Positions 40,483 to 50,678 of a DNA stretch of 64,000 bases are shown here, one piece after another. The position numbers were made by a program, and so were the translations under genes. The notes below the pieces were generated by a model, which made no database searches, was not told where the DNA came from, and worked only from the letters and a program-made list of their open reading frames with translations. Numbering within the stretch: the first letter of the stretch is position 1; the number at the start of each line of letters is the position of its first letter. This DNA comes from Candidatus Multivorans sp. (lineage in GTDB: Bacteria > Acidobacteriota > Thermoanaerobaculia > Multivoradales > Multivoraceae): the NCBI GenBank assembly GCA_965224025.1, contig OZ245033.1, positions 3,744,001-3,808,000 of the forward strand. The letters run 5' to 3'.

Positions 40483-43242
40483 TCAGTTGCTGCACGCAAA
40501 CGCCTTGATAGCGCTCTTCGCCTCGGCAGTCCGGTTCAGGCGGTTCGCGTGCGTCCAGACCTCGCCATCCGGGGACTCGACCGTCAGGTTGAACGCCAGG
40601 CTTGTCATGGGCGCCACAAACACCCACCGGTGCTCGTTGAAGGCGCAGCCGTCAAGCACCTTGATCAACACCTCCGCGTTGTTCCGGTCGAAGAAATACA
40701 GGATGGCGGATTGCTCCGAGTCCAGCTCGTAGTCCTTCGCACCCACCACGACCGCCTCACCGTCCTTGAGGTACTCAACGCACATGCTCACGGTGTAGCC
40801 GCCGCTCAGGCGCAGGACCGGCTCCGGTTCGCAGGCCGTCGCTTCCCCGGCGGCGATCGGCTGGGCAACGGTCGCCGGCTGGAGCAAAAGCGCGGCCAGC
40901 GCCGACGAAGACACCGCCGAGAAGCCCGTGTTGACCAGGTCCACGTCGCGGACGCCATCGCCGCCGGCGGCCACGGCGACCGATGAAGTATCCGCGCCGC
41001 AGGGGAAAGCCTCCAGGTCGCTGTTCGTCGTCGCGGTGCCTCCGCCCCTGGGGTTGCGATGTGTCCAGCGCTTGCCGGTCGCCGTCTCGTCGACGTGCAG
41101 GTTGAAAGCCAGGGTCGTCACAGGCGCCACGAACACCCACCGGTGGCCATTCTCGGCGCAGGCGTCGAGCACCTTGATCAGGACCTCGGAATTGTCCCGA
41201 TCGAAGAAGTACAGAAGACCCGACTCGCGGGAGTCGAGACCATAGTCCAGAGCGTCCTTCTCCACGATCGGGCCCTCGCCGTTCTCCTGGTATTCGAAGC
41301 ACATGCTGACGGTGTACCCGTGGTCGAAGAAGATTTGCGGGGCCGAGGGCACGCAGTCCGAGTACTCCACGGCCGGCAGGACAATCGTCGCCGTGTTGCT
41401 GGGAGAGCAGCCACGAGCGTTGCAGGCGCGCACCCGGAACGTGTAATGGCCGCCCGGCACAAGTCCTGCCACGTCCGCGCTCTCGGTGTCGGCGGCGACC
41501 CTCCTCGACGTCCGCCAGCCGCCACCTCGAGGGCGGAACTGGACGTCGAAGCCGTCCTCGTCGTCCGAGTTGTCGACCCACTGCAGACGCACGCTCGTGT
41601 TGTCCACTGCCGCGGCCGTGAGTCCACTCGGAGCCGCCGGCTTCTTGGGCGCCGGCAGTTGGACAGTGACCCGCTCGCCGAACGAGATGTTGTTGGTCTC
41701 GTTGTTGTTGAATGCCCCGACGGAAAATTCGTAGCTGCGACCGGCGAGGAGTCGGGTCACGTGCTCTTCCTCGCTATCGGCGGGCAGCACCGAGAACCGC
41801 TCCCATTCGCCGTTGACGATCCGGCGCCAGACCTCGAAACCGGCCTCATTGTGCGCGTCGTCGACCCAGGTCAGATGCACGCTGCGACTGCTCGTCGCCC
41901 GCCCCTTGATGTCGACCGGCGGCCAGGGCGGCGGCGGTCCCAGTTCGGCCGGCACGTAGTCGCTGAGCCGGACCACGTCGTGAACCGTCTGCTGTACGGC
42001 CCGTTCGTTCTCCCGCTCGCCGGCCACGCCGATCGTCCAGCCGGCCGGCATATGCCGCACCGAAGAGAAGAACGGTTGCCATTCCGTATTCGTACCCACC
42101 CCATAGCTCATCAGCGTGGCGATGAAGGGAAACCGTGTCGAATCGGTGTGGCCGTAGGCGAACCGCGTCACCGCGGCCGCCGGATCGATGTTCGAATTCT
42201 CCGGATCGTGGTTGGCGCCGAGGTTGTGGCCAACCTCGTGGGCGAAGGTGTGGAGTGACCACTGGTAACCGCAATCCGTGGCGTTCGAGGTCCAGCCATA
42301 CCCATACTGCGCGAAGCTCTCCGCGGTGTCGCCTTTCAAGAGAACGTAGGCGCGTCCACAACCTCCGGCGGCTTCAAACGGCTCGGCGTGGAAGAGATGG
42401 ACCAGATCCGCCCGGTGCTGATGCCGCGCCCTCGCGGCCCGCCCGTTCCATTGCAGCTTCAGCAGCGTCGTTGCCGGAGTGCCCAGTTCGACAGGCGCCA
42501 CCTCCGAATGGACCAGGTTCGCCGTGATCGGGATCTCGCCATTCCGCAGCACCCTGTTCAGGTAATCGAAGGCGGCCTGAATCGCCGGCGCCGAGCCGCC
42601 GACGCTGCCCCAGTTCGCCAGCGCCCCGTTGGTGTAGAAGACGGCGATGTCCAAGCGGTCGTGACTCGATGCGCTTCCCACCCGCCCCGGACGGTTCGTC
42701 GACCTCCGTGGCCACGCCGGCCTCTCCAGATCCGAGGACGCCCCGCGGGCTGGCGGAACGACGGTGCCGGGGCAGTAGCCCGGGGGTGGTCCACCAGCGG
42801 GGGCCAGCCGCCCGCGACCGTCAGGCCGAGCCTGGAGATGGAACCTGGAGCCGCCCGGTTCCCCGAGCCACGCGATCAGGTAGCCGTCGTGCAGGGTGAG
42901 TTGAACGCCCTCGTAGTCCACGCCCGCTACGCGGCCGGTCCACATCACGTTCCCGTCGCCGCGATCTTCGAACATCGCGCGCTCCGCCACCACCGCCCGC
43001 CCGTCGGGCCGAGTCAGTACCAGCCGCTCGGGGCCGGAACGAATCAGGTCCAGGTCAACTTCTGCCGGCACCGCTCCGGCGCCCATCTGCGCGACGTAGG
43101 GCGCGAATTCGTCGGACACCGTCCGCGGCAGGGAGAGCAGGTCCTGTCCTTGCAGTGCCGCGGCGCCCCAGAGCGCCAAGACAGCCAGAGCAACTGCCCG
43201 GGGCAGCGATCCTACGCTGCCCGATGGGATCCTTCTCACCAA
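40483..43242 (-). CDS. Secreted M12/reprolysin-like zinc metallopeptidase with two FN3 domains and two C-terminal repeat domains
   Basis: Signal peptide, HEVGHNLGANH, TLMSY Met-turn, W.D....E.GF FN3 repeats, duplicated YFFD..N.EVLIKVLD domain. Confidence 0.85.
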   Translation of the reverse strand: MVRRIPSGSVGSLPRAVALAVLALWGAAALQGQDLLSLPRTVSDEFAPYVAQMGAGAVPAEVDLDLIRSGPERLVLTRPDGRAVVAERAMFEDRGDGNVMWTGRVAGVDYEGVQLTLHDGYLIAWLGEPGGSRFHLQARPDGRGRLAPAGGPPPGYCPGTVVPPARGASSDLERPAWPRRSTNRPGRVGSASSHDRLDIAVFYTNGALANWGSVGGSAPAIQAAFDYLNRVLRNGEIPITANLVHSEVAPVELGTPATTLLKLQWNGRAARARHQHRADLVHLFHAEPFEAAGGCGRAYVLLKGDTAESFAQYGYGWTSNATDCGYQWSLHTFAHEVGHNLGANHDPENSNIDPAAAVTRFAYGHTDSTRFPFIATLMSYGVGTNTEWQPFFSSVRHMPAGWTIGVAGERENERAVQQTVHDVVRLSDYVPAELGPPPPWPPVDIKGRATSSRSVHLTWVDDAHNEAGFEVWRRIVNGEWERFSVLPADSEEEHVTRLLAGRSYEFSVGAFNNNETNNISFGERVTVQLPAPKKPAAPSGLTAAAVDNTSVRLQWVDNSDDEDGFDVQFRPRGGGWRTSRRVAADTESADVAGLVPGGHYTFRVRACNARGCSPSNTATIVLPAVEYSDCVPSAPQIFFDHGYTVSMCFEYQENGEGPIVEKDALDYGLDSRESGLLYFFDRDNSEVLIKVLDACAENGHRWVFVAPVTTLAFNLHVDETATGKRWTHRNPRGGGTATTNSDLEAFPCGADTSSVAVAAGGDGVRDVDLVNTGFSAVSSSALAALLLQPATVAQPIAAGEATACEPEPVLRLSGGYTVSMCVEYLKDGEAVVVGAKDYELDSEQSAILYFFDRNNAEVLIKVLDGCAFNEHRWVFVAPMTSLAFNLTVESPDGEVWTHANRLNRTAEAKSAIKAFACSN

Positions 43243-43353
43243 CGGTCTTCCCGGTCCTGCCCGCGTCCGCTTGGAGTCACTCTCACCAGAACCTCCGAAC
43301 TATAGTCGCAGAATCCTACAGCCTCCGCCTGCTCCGGAAGCGGCGACTACGGC

Positions 43354-44286
43354 TTAACCCACCTCGGCTCGCAGCTTATCGTGCAAGGCGCCCGCGCCGT
43401 CGATCATCGCATCGACGCCGCGGGCGCCGGCCAGGAAGAGGCCGGTCAGGTTGAGCGCCACGCCGTCGAACCCCAGGTCGCCCAGCTTCGAGGCCGCCGC
43501 GGCGACGCGGTCCGGCTCGGTGTAGAAGGTGCGGTCTCCCTCGTTCCCCGGTCGCGGCGGTGGCGAGACCTGGGCCTGGAACTCGAGCGCCTCTGGATCG
43601 CGACCGGCCTTCTCCGCGTGGCCGCAGATCGAGGCGATCGCCTGGTCTCCGCTCTCGAACAGCTCCTCCGAGGCGACACCCATCCAGCCGTCGCCGAGCC
43701 GGCCCGCGCGGCGGAAAGCCGCTTCGCTGTGGCCTCCGATCCAGACGGGTATGTCCGCTCCGCGCGGCGGCTTCGGCTCCATCGCCATCGCTTCCACGCA
43801 GTAGAACTCACCCTCGAAGTCGATCGGGTCCTGACCCCAGCAGGCGCGGAGCACCGCGATCGCCTCGTCCATGCGCCGCCCGCGGTTGTGGAAATCCTGG
43901 CCCATCGCCTCGTACTCCGATTCCTGCCAACCGACTCCGAGACCCAGACGCAGCCGGCCGCCGGAAAGCGTGTCCAGGGTCGACGCCTGCTTCGCGGTCA
44001 AGACCGGATCGCGTTGCGGCAGGACCAGCACCTCGGTGCCGAGCCCGATCCGCGAGGTGCAGGCCGCCATGTATCCGAGGGTGGCCAGCGCCTCCATGAT
44101 CGGCATCTTGGCCGGGTAGCGGTTCTTCTCCCGGCCCTCGGTGTCGTGGCCCATCACCACATGATCGAAGATGTCCAGTTGATCGAAACCGATCTCGTCC
44201 ATCGCCCCGGCCAGACGGGCAACGGCCTCCGGCCCCTCCCGGTAGACGACACTCGGGAACTCAACGGCGATCTTCATCTGTCGCAC
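43354..44286 (-). CDS. LLM-class (F420-dependent-like) oxidoreductase
   Basis: DHVV, LGTEVLVLPQRDP, LSGGRLRLGLGVGW and WIGG.S. Confidence 0.85.
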   Translation of the reverse strand: MRQMKIAVEFPSVVYREGPEAVARLAGAMDEIGFDQLDIFDHVVMGHDTEGREKNRYPAKMPIMEALATLGYMAACTSRIGLGTEVLVLPQRDPVLTAKQASTLDTLSGGRLRLGLGVGWQESEYEAMGQDFHNRGRRMDEAIAVLRACWGQDPIDFEGEFYCVEAMAMEPKPPRGADIPVWIGGHSEAAFRRAGRLGDGWMGVASEELFESGDQAIASICGHAEKAGRDPEALEFQAQVSPPPRPGNEGDRTFYTEPDRVAAAASKLGDLGFDGVALNLTGLFLAGARGVDAMIDGAGALHDKLRAEVG

Positions 44287-44392
44287 TCCTTGGACTCTGG
44301 CTATGAGCCGGGCAGTATAGTCATCACTCGCCCGAGCGTTATGGAATCCTGCCGGTTGCCAGAAACCTCAGCGGCAAGGAGCAACGAAAGGC

Positions 44393-44791
44393 ATGCTGAG
44401 AACCATCCTCGCCGTACCCGCCGGCCTGATCGTCGGCGGCATCGTGATCAGCATCGTTCAGATCGCGGCGATCACCCTGCTTCCGGTGCCCGAAGGGATG
44501 CCAGCCGACCGGGCGTTGATCGAACCGGGCGACATCCCGGCCGTGAACATGGCCTTCGTCCTCATCGCCTGGGCCGCCGGCGCGTTCTTCGGCGGCGGCA
44601 CGGCGGCGCGCATCGCACGGCAGGCAAAGCGGCGACTGGCCCTGATCGTCGGCGCCTTCTTTCTCATCGCCGGGATCTACAACATGGCCACGATCTCGTC
44701 CCCGCTCTGGTTCTGGGTCGTGGGCATCCTCCTCTTCCTGCCCAGCGCCCACCTGGGCGCCAGCCTGCTCGGCGGCTCGGAAGAGCAGTAG
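44393..44791 (+). CDS. Hypothetical 4-TM membrane protein
   Basis: 132 aa hydrophobic ORF with AAGGAG upstream. Confidence 0.7.
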   Translation: MLRTILAVPAGLIVGGIVISIVQIAAITLLPVPEGMPADRALIEPGDIPAVNMAFVLIAWAAGAFFGGGTAARIARQAKRRLALIVGAFFLIAGIYNMATISSPLWFWVVGILLFLPSAHLGASLLGGSEEQ

Positions 44792-44822
44792 CGGCCTTCT
44801 GTCGGAGCCCTCGCGGAAGGCC

Positions 44823-45034
44823 CTACGATCCGGCGACGAATCGCTCCCGCAGCCGCCTCATTCCGCTGAGCCAGCGGTCGTAGTCCGCGGTCTTGCGCCG
44901 CATGTACTCCAGGACTTCTGGGTGCGGAAGGATCAGGAAGCGCTCCTGCTCCATAGCTCGTGCGACCATTTCCTGGACCTGCTCCTCCACTGCCACGTCG
45001 CCGGTGACAACGCAGTTCCTGCCTTGGATTTCAT
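44823..45034 (-). pseudogene. Collapsed short-chain dehydrogenase (SDR) remnant
   Basis: Manual translation EIQGRNCVVTG|DVAVEEQVQEMVARA|MEQERFLILPHPEVLEYMRRKTADYDRWLSGMRRL: SDR start, DV segment and C-terminus joined directly; ATG out of frame. Confidence 0.65.
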
Positions 45035-45074
45035 GCGAGCGATCGTAGCAACGGCGATACGCCTCCCCACGAAT

Positions 45075-45083
45075 TGCTAGAAT
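45075..45083 (+). promoter_or_regulatory. Extended -10 promoter element upstream of gshA
   Basis: TGCTAGAAT (TGn-TAGAAT). Confidence 0.4.
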
Positions 45084-45164
45084 CGCGCCTCAACCGGCGC
45101 CGCGGCACCTCCGTCGCTCAGCGCTTCACGGATCGGCCAAGCCCGTGCCGCGCCTGAGTTCTAC

Positions 45165-46319
45165 ATGACCGCCGACCATCATCCGCTGCACCGTCAGTTG
45201 CTGAAAGGCCTCGAGGAAGAGGTCTACACCGGCACCTCCGACGGCCACGTGCTACCGCTCTCGCCCCATGTGAAGGCCGCCATGGACGGCTACACAACAG
45301 AGCCGGACGGCCGCAACGTGGAGTTCACGACCGCTCCCTACCGCAGCTACCAGGTCCTCGTCGACCGCCTGATGGCGAAGCGGTGCGCTCTCCGGCGCTA
45401 CCTGGAGGCGAAACATGGCTGCACCTTGGTGCCGGGGGGCACGCTGTCGCTAGCCGATCCCGACTCCTTCTACATCTCGGACCTGGAGAACCCGTACTAC
45501 CGCTACATCCGCGACACCTACGGCACCCGGGTCGTCACCGCTTCCACCCACATCAACTTGGGCGTAGACGACCCGGAGGAACTGCTGCGCGCCTACCGGG
45601 TCCTGCGGCTCGAGGCCTCGGTGTTCCTCGCCCTGACGGCCGCGTCGCCCTTCCTGGCGGGTGAGACGACCGGCCAGCACTCGGCGCGCTGGCTGCACTT
45701 CCCCCTGACCCCGGAGCGGGTTCCCTTCTTCCCCGACGCCGCCTCGTTCGCGATCTGGATGGACGAACAGCTCGAGACCGGCGCGATGCAGAATCGACGT
45801 CACTTCTGGCTCGGCATCCGGCCGAACGGACCCGCAACTCCCAGGGTTCTGGATCGCCTGGAACTCCGGATCTGCGACCGGATCAGCGAGCCGGACATCC
45901 TGCAGGCGGTCACCGCTCTCTACGAGGCACGGGTGTGGCAGGTCCTGGAGCGGCCGGAACTCGATCCCCTGCGCGAACGATCGTCGCTCGAACTGGAAGA
46001 ACTCGCCGCCACCAACGAACGCGCCGCGGGCGCCGCGAGCCTCGAAGCGGAGGGCACGAACTGGGTCGACGGCAGCACCGTCACGTTCCGGGACTGGGCC
46101 GCATCGATGCTCGAGAGCGCCCGCGAGACCGCCCACCGCCACGGCTTCGGCGCCCTTCTCGGCCCGATCGAGGAGATCCTGGAACAGGGCAACCCGGCGA
46201 TGCAGTGGCTGCGCCGCATGGAGCAGGGCGCGACGCCCCGCGAGGTGATCGGCGAGGCGATCGTCGACTTGGCCGCGGTCGATCGAGCGTTCGACCCGAG
46301 CTGTCCGCTCGTCGCCTGA
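45165..46319 (+). CDS. gshA: Glutamate--cysteine ligase, cyanobacterial-type
   Basis: LLKGLEEEVYTG, EPDGRNVEF, YGTRVVTAS.HIN.G, ASPFL, RPNG and RLELRICD motifs. Confidence 0.8.
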   Translation: MTADHHPLHRQLLKGLEEEVYTGTSDGHVLPLSPHVKAAMDGYTTEPDGRNVEFTTAPYRSYQVLVDRLMAKRCALRRYLEAKHGCTLVPGGTLSLADPDSFYISDLENPYYRYIRDTYGTRVVTASTHINLGVDDPEELLRAYRVLRLEASVFLALTAASPFLAGETTGQHSARWLHFPLTPERVPFFPDAASFAIWMDEQLETGAMQNRRHFWLGIRPNGPATPRVLDRLELRICDRISEPDILQAVTALYEARVWQVLERPELDPLRERSSLELEELAATNERAAGAASLEAEGTNWVDGSTVTFRDWAASMLESARETAHRHGFGALLGPIEEILEQGNPAMQWLRRMEQGATPREVIGEAIVDLAAVDRAFDPSCPLVA

Positions 46320-46327
46320 CCTGCCTC

Positions 46328-46807
46328 TCAGTCTTGGAGTCGCGCATAGCGGCCGCCATAGAACAGGAGCGGCTCGGCGTCGCGCACGTTCGCTCCCGCC
46401 ACCGCGTCGCCAATCACGATGACGTGATCGCCACCGTCGAGGCGCTCCGCGATGCGGCATTCGACGTGCGCCAGAGCATTCTCGATCAGGGGTTCTCCCA
46501 GGCTGCCGATTCTGTAGTCGACACCCAGCAAGGAGCCTTCCGCGGGCGCGGTCGTGCGTGCGAACAGGTTGGAGATCTCCTCTTGGTCGGACGCCAGGAT
46601 GCTGATGCCGAAGGCTTCCGCCTCCAGAATCTGCTTGTAACAGTTCGACTCCTTGTCGACACAGACGAGCAACTGCAACGGCTCGAGAGACAGCGAACAC
46701 ACGGCGTTCGCCGTCATGCCGTGGAGCCGGCCGCGAACGCTCGTCGTCACCACGGTGACGCCGGTGGCGAAACGGCCGATCAGGCCTCTGTACGTGTCTC
46801 GGTTCAT
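46328..46807 (-). CDS. Flavin reductase-like protein
   Basis: GRFATGVTVVT, GMTANA..SLSLEP, GGDHVI and PLLFY.G.Y. Confidence 0.9.
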   Translation of the reverse strand: MNRDTYRGLIGRFATGVTVVTTSVRGRLHGMTANAVCSLSLEPLQLLVCVDKESNCYKQILEAEAFGISILASDQEEISNLFARTTAPAEGSLLGVDYRIGSLGEPLIENALAHVECRIAERLDGGDHVIVIGDAVAGANVRDAEPLLFYGGRYARLQD

Positions 46808-46916
46808 CCTTTCCAGGAGCTTGCGCCGCAGAACGTAGCGAAGCGAGTGTCGCGGCGCAAGGTTCCAGGGAGGTGGGGCCTGGGGCCCAACATGGAGCCT
46901 GCGACAGGTTGCCGCC

Positions 46917-49900
46917 CTAGAAAGCCTCGATGTCGATCTGGCCGCAGATGCTGCCCGGCTCGTTGCGGTAGGTCGAAACCCCACCGGTAATTGTATCCGT
47001 AGCCGTGACCTCGTACTCGACATCCGACAGGCCCCCGTACAGCAGCCAGAAGTGGCCGTTCAGGGCGCGGCCGTCCAGCATCTTCACTGCGAGCTCGATG
47101 TTGGAGGGGTTGAAGAACCAGAAGAAGCCCGTCTTCCCCATCGTGAGCGACGGAGTCACCTGGGCCGATTCCTCCAGGCCGGTGCCGGCGTTCGGATCGA
47201 CGAAGCCAACCTCGACAGAGAAGCGATCGCCCAGCAGGCACAGCCGATCTCCGGCTGTCTCGCACCGACCGCCGCCGTCACTCGAACGGCCAATGCCGCG
47301 CACGTCGAGCGCCACAGCGCTCATCGGCACGAGGTCGATCCCCGGTCCACCCGGACCCTCGCCACCCACGGCCCATCCCGTCGACGCCACGCTCGGATCG
47401 CCGAATGCATCGAGGTCCTTCTGCCCGCAGACGTCGCGCGGAGGGTTGTGGTACGTCTGACGTTCGCCCGTTTCGACATCTCTCACCGTGATCCAGTACT
47501 CGACGTCCGACAGTGCGCCGAAGAACACCCAGTAGCGGTCATTGAGCGCCCGGCCGTCCAGAACCTTGACCACCAACTCGATGTTCTCGGGTTCGAAGAA
47601 CCAGAACAGTCCGGACTCGTCCGAAACGTCCACCGGCACGGCGGTACTCGAACCGTACTCGCCAGCGCTGTCCGGCTTGCTCCAGTGTGCCCACACCTCG
47701 AAACGCCCGTCGCGCAAGCAGAGATACTCGGAACCCTCCCGGCAAGCACCCTCGAAGGCGCCGGTCGTCACACTGACCTCTTCGGAGTAGTCCGCCCGGC
47801 CGGCACGAAGCCGGAACGTGTAGGGCGTCTCCGCCTTCAGACCCGCGACAAGGGTGCTTCCGAGCGTCGGCGCGGCAGCCGCCACTTCGACCCAGCCGCT
47901 GGCCGGGTTGCGCGCCTCGATAGAGAGCGTGCCCCGAGCCGCCCGAGTCCACCTGCCCGTCCAGGACAGCTCCACCGAGGTTTCGCCGGATGGAATCGCC
48001 GTCAGCCGGCCGTCCTCCGCCGGCGGCGGGTCGGGGTCCTGAAACGGGTTCCCTCTGACCGTGTTGCTGCTCCGGGAGAAACCGGTCCCGTTGTAGGCAA
48101 AGACGCGGTAGTCGACTTCCTCGCCGCGATCCAAGTCGAACGACCTGGCGCCAGTGGGCGCCATCGCCACCCGGGTCCAGCGGCCGCCCCCGACGACGAC
48201 GGTGTCCTGAGCCTCGTAGTCGGGACGCGACTGAATCTCGAATCCCGTCTCGTCGCGCGAGTTGTCGTCCCAGGTGAGACGGGCAACGCCACCAGAGACA
48301 CCCCAGCGAAGCTTCGTCGGCGCGGCGGGACCTCGCCCGGCGGTCTCCAGCGGCAGGGCGACCCCGATGCGATCGCCAGGGCCCGCATCGTTGTACGGCC
48401 ACACATAGAAGACGTAGCTGCCGCCGCGCGCGAGCCCATCGATCTCGATCGACTCGCTGCCGGCTTCCGCCTCGAACAGACCGAACCAGCCCGAGACCAA
48501 GGCCAGGACCCGGAAGCCGCGTTCGTCGTCGGAGTTGTCGGTCCAGGTCAGACGAACCGACGAGGCGCTACCGGCACTCGCTGTCAGGTTCGTGACCGGC
48601 CTCGGTCCGGGCGCGGCGGGCGACAGGAGAGCCAATAACTCGCTGCTGCGGGAGATGCCCCCCGGACCAAGGGCATACACGCGCACCTGGTAGCGGCGGC
48701 CGGGCGCCAGCCGCGAGATCACGGTCGAATCCGCGTTCCCTGACACGTAACTGCGCCGCAATAGCTGCCCGTCAGACAGCAGTTGTACTTCGAACAAGTA
48801 GGCGTCGTCGTCCGAGTCGTCCACCCAAGTCACCCGCGCGCTGTTCGTTCCCATCCGGGCCGGATCCTCCACAGGCACCGGTTGCCACATGAGACCGGAC
48901 GGTGCCGCTGGCTCAGCGCCCGGAGTCACGAGTGTGACGATGCTTGAGCTCGCGGACTCGGTTTCGCCCCTTACCGCATTGACCCCGAAGAAGTACCGAG
49001 TACCGGCATCGGCCACGGGAAGGCCGACCACCGCGGTCGTGCGACCTTCCAACGGCCTCGTGGCCTCATCCTGTCCTGGACGCCAGAACGTCACCTCATA
49101 GCCATCCTCGTCGGTCGCGTTGTCCCGCCAGTTGAGCCGAACCGAGGTTTCGCTCTCCATCGCCACCCGCAGACTCGTCGGCGCCGCCGGCGCATCGGGC
49201 GGCAGCCGAGCGACCGAATCGCTGTAATGGACGCCGATGTGAATCGTCTCCTGCAGGGCGCGTTCGTTCTCGCGCTCGCCGGCGACACCGATGACCCGAC
49301 CCTGGGGCTTGACCCGGACACTCGAAAGGTACGGCTCGCCCTGGCCGGTGTAGCTCATGATCGTGCCGACGTTCGGAATGTGATCGTGATTGCCGTGACC
49401 GAAGGCATAAGGCCTGAACGCGAACACCGGAGGGGGGCCGTTTGCCGGGTCGTGGTGGGCGCCCAGACCGTGGCCCACTTCGTGGGCGAAGATCGGTCCG
49501 TCGCCCGAGCACGCGTTCGACGTCCAGCCGTAGGCCAGCTCCGAGAAGTCTTCGGCGGTCTGATCGCGACTAAGGACGTAGTGCTGGCCGCAGGCTTCGA
49601 ACAACCACGGAGACTCACCGGTGAACAGGTGGACCAGGTCGGCTCTGTGCTCTCTTCGCAGTCGGAGCGCTTCCCCGTGGAAGCCGAGCTGATCGATGAG
49701 CGAGGCGCCGTACAGACCACTCCCATTCCTACCCACCCGATCGATGCCGGAAATCTGGGCGCTATGAACGATGTTCTCGCTCACATCCACGCGGCCATTT
49801 CGCAGAACCATGTTCAGGTAGTCGCCGGCATTGCGAATCGCCGCTTGCGCGCCGCCGCGATTCGCCCAATTCCGCGCCGCCTCGGGGGTGTAGACGACAA

Positions 49901-50558
49901 CGATGTCGAGCGCGTCGTGATTCTGCGCGGCGCCCGCTCGCGTGGGCGGATCGTGGAGCAGCGCCCCAGCCATACGCACCGGAGCGACCGGTGGTTGCCG
50001 GTCGGCGCCGTTGCCTACCGCACAGAACGCCTCCGGCTCCCGACCCGGCAGAGCAAAGCCGGATTCCATTCGACCGACGCCGTCAGGACGGGCGCTGATC
50101 CGGTACCTCACCCCCCCGGGCTCATGGAACCAACCCACGAAGCGGCCACCTTCCAACGTGAGTACGACGCTGTCGTAGCCCGCGCCCGGTAGACCGCCGG
50201 ACCACATCAGGTCTCCGCCGCCGCGATCCTCGAACACGTTGAGCTCCGCGACCAGAACGCGGCCGTCCGGCGTCGGCAGCTCCAGCCGCGGTGACCCGCT
50301 GCGAAGCAGGTCCAGATCGACTTGCGCGGAGAACGAAGGGATAGCGAACGTCAGGTCCGGAGCGCCAGCGGATGCGGGCTGCGCCGCCTGCGCAACCAGA
50401 CTCAACAGACGTTGGCCCTGGACCGGCGCCGCAACCAGCATGATCGCCGTCATCGCCAGTAGACCCACTCGCGATGTACCCAAGAGATACTCATGGATGC
50501 CGGCGATCCGCCGCGCCGCGCTGCGCGACATCGAGAAACAAGACATGAGAGCCTCCAC
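46917..50558 (-). CDS. Secreted M12/reprolysin-like metallopeptidase with multiple FN3 domains and two C-terminal repeat domains
   Basis: HEVGHGLGAHH, TIMSY, about five FN3 repeats, duplicated FWFF...N.EL.VK.LDGRALN domain. Paralogue of 40483-43242; start uncertain. Confidence 0.85.
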   Translation of the reverse strand: MEALMSCFSMSRSAARRIAGIHEYLLGTSRVGLLAMTAIMLVAAPVQGQRLLSLVAQAAQPASAGAPDLTFAIPSFSAQVDLDLLRSGSPRLELPTPDGRVLVAELNVFEDRGGGDLMWSGGLPGAGYDSVVLTLEGGRFVGWFHEPGGVRYRISARPDGVGRMESGFALPGREPEAFCAVGNGADRQPPVAPVRMAGALLHDPPTRAGAAQNHDALDIVVVYTPEAARNWANRGGAQAAIRNAGDYLNMVLRNGRVDVSENIVHSAQISGIDRVGRNGSGLYGASLIDQLGFHGEALRLRREHRADLVHLFTGESPWLFEACGQHYVLSRDQTAEDFSELAYGWTSNACSGDGPIFAHEVGHGLGAHHDPANGPPPVFAFRPYAFGHGNHDHIPNVGTIMSYTGQGEPYLSSVRVKPQGRVIGVAGERENERALQETIHIGVHYSDSVARLPPDAPAAPTSLRVAMESETSVRLNWRDNATDEDGYEVTFWRPGQDEATRPLEGRTTAVVGLPVADAGTRYFFGVNAVRGETESASSSIVTLVTPGAEPAAPSGLMWQPVPVEDPARMGTNSARVTWVDDSDDDAYLFEVQLLSDGQLLRRSYVSGNADSTVISRLAPGRRYQVRVYALGPGGISRSSELLALLSPAAPGPRPVTNLTASAGSASSVRLTWTDNSDDERGFRVLALVSGWFGLFEAEAGSESIEIDGLARGGSYVFYVWPYNDAGPGDRIGVALPLETAGRGPAAPTKLRWGVSGGVARLTWDDNSRDETGFEIQSRPDYEAQDTVVVGGGRWTRVAMAPTGARSFDLDRGEEVDYRVFAYNGTGFSRSSNTVRGNPFQDPDPPPAEDGRLTAIPSGETSVELSWTGRWTRAARGTLSIEARNPASGWVEVAAAAPTLGSTLVAGLKAETPYTFRLRAGRADYSEEVSVTTGAFEGACREGSEYLCLRDGRFEVWAHWSKPDSAGEYGSSTAVPVDVSDESGLFWFFEPENIELVVKVLDGRALNDRYWVFFGALSDVEYWITVRDVETGERQTYHNPPRDVCGQKDLDAFGDPSVASTGWAVGGEGPGGPGIDLVPMSAVALDVRGIGRSSDGGGRCETAGDRLCLLGDRFSVEVGFVDPNAGTGLEESAQVTPSLTMGKTGFFWFFNPSNIELAVKMLDGRALNGHFWLLYGGLSDVEYEVTATDTITGGVSTYRNEPGSICGQIDIEAF

Positions 50559-50678
50559 TCACAGGGGCCGTCGATCAATAGGAGTCGGTGAGCCGGGAAC
50601 CTGTGACTCGTCCGGAGCCCCTCATCCCCCAGCCTTCCAGCATCCTAGCGGCCAGTTCGAGATTGAGCGCCGGGCGGT

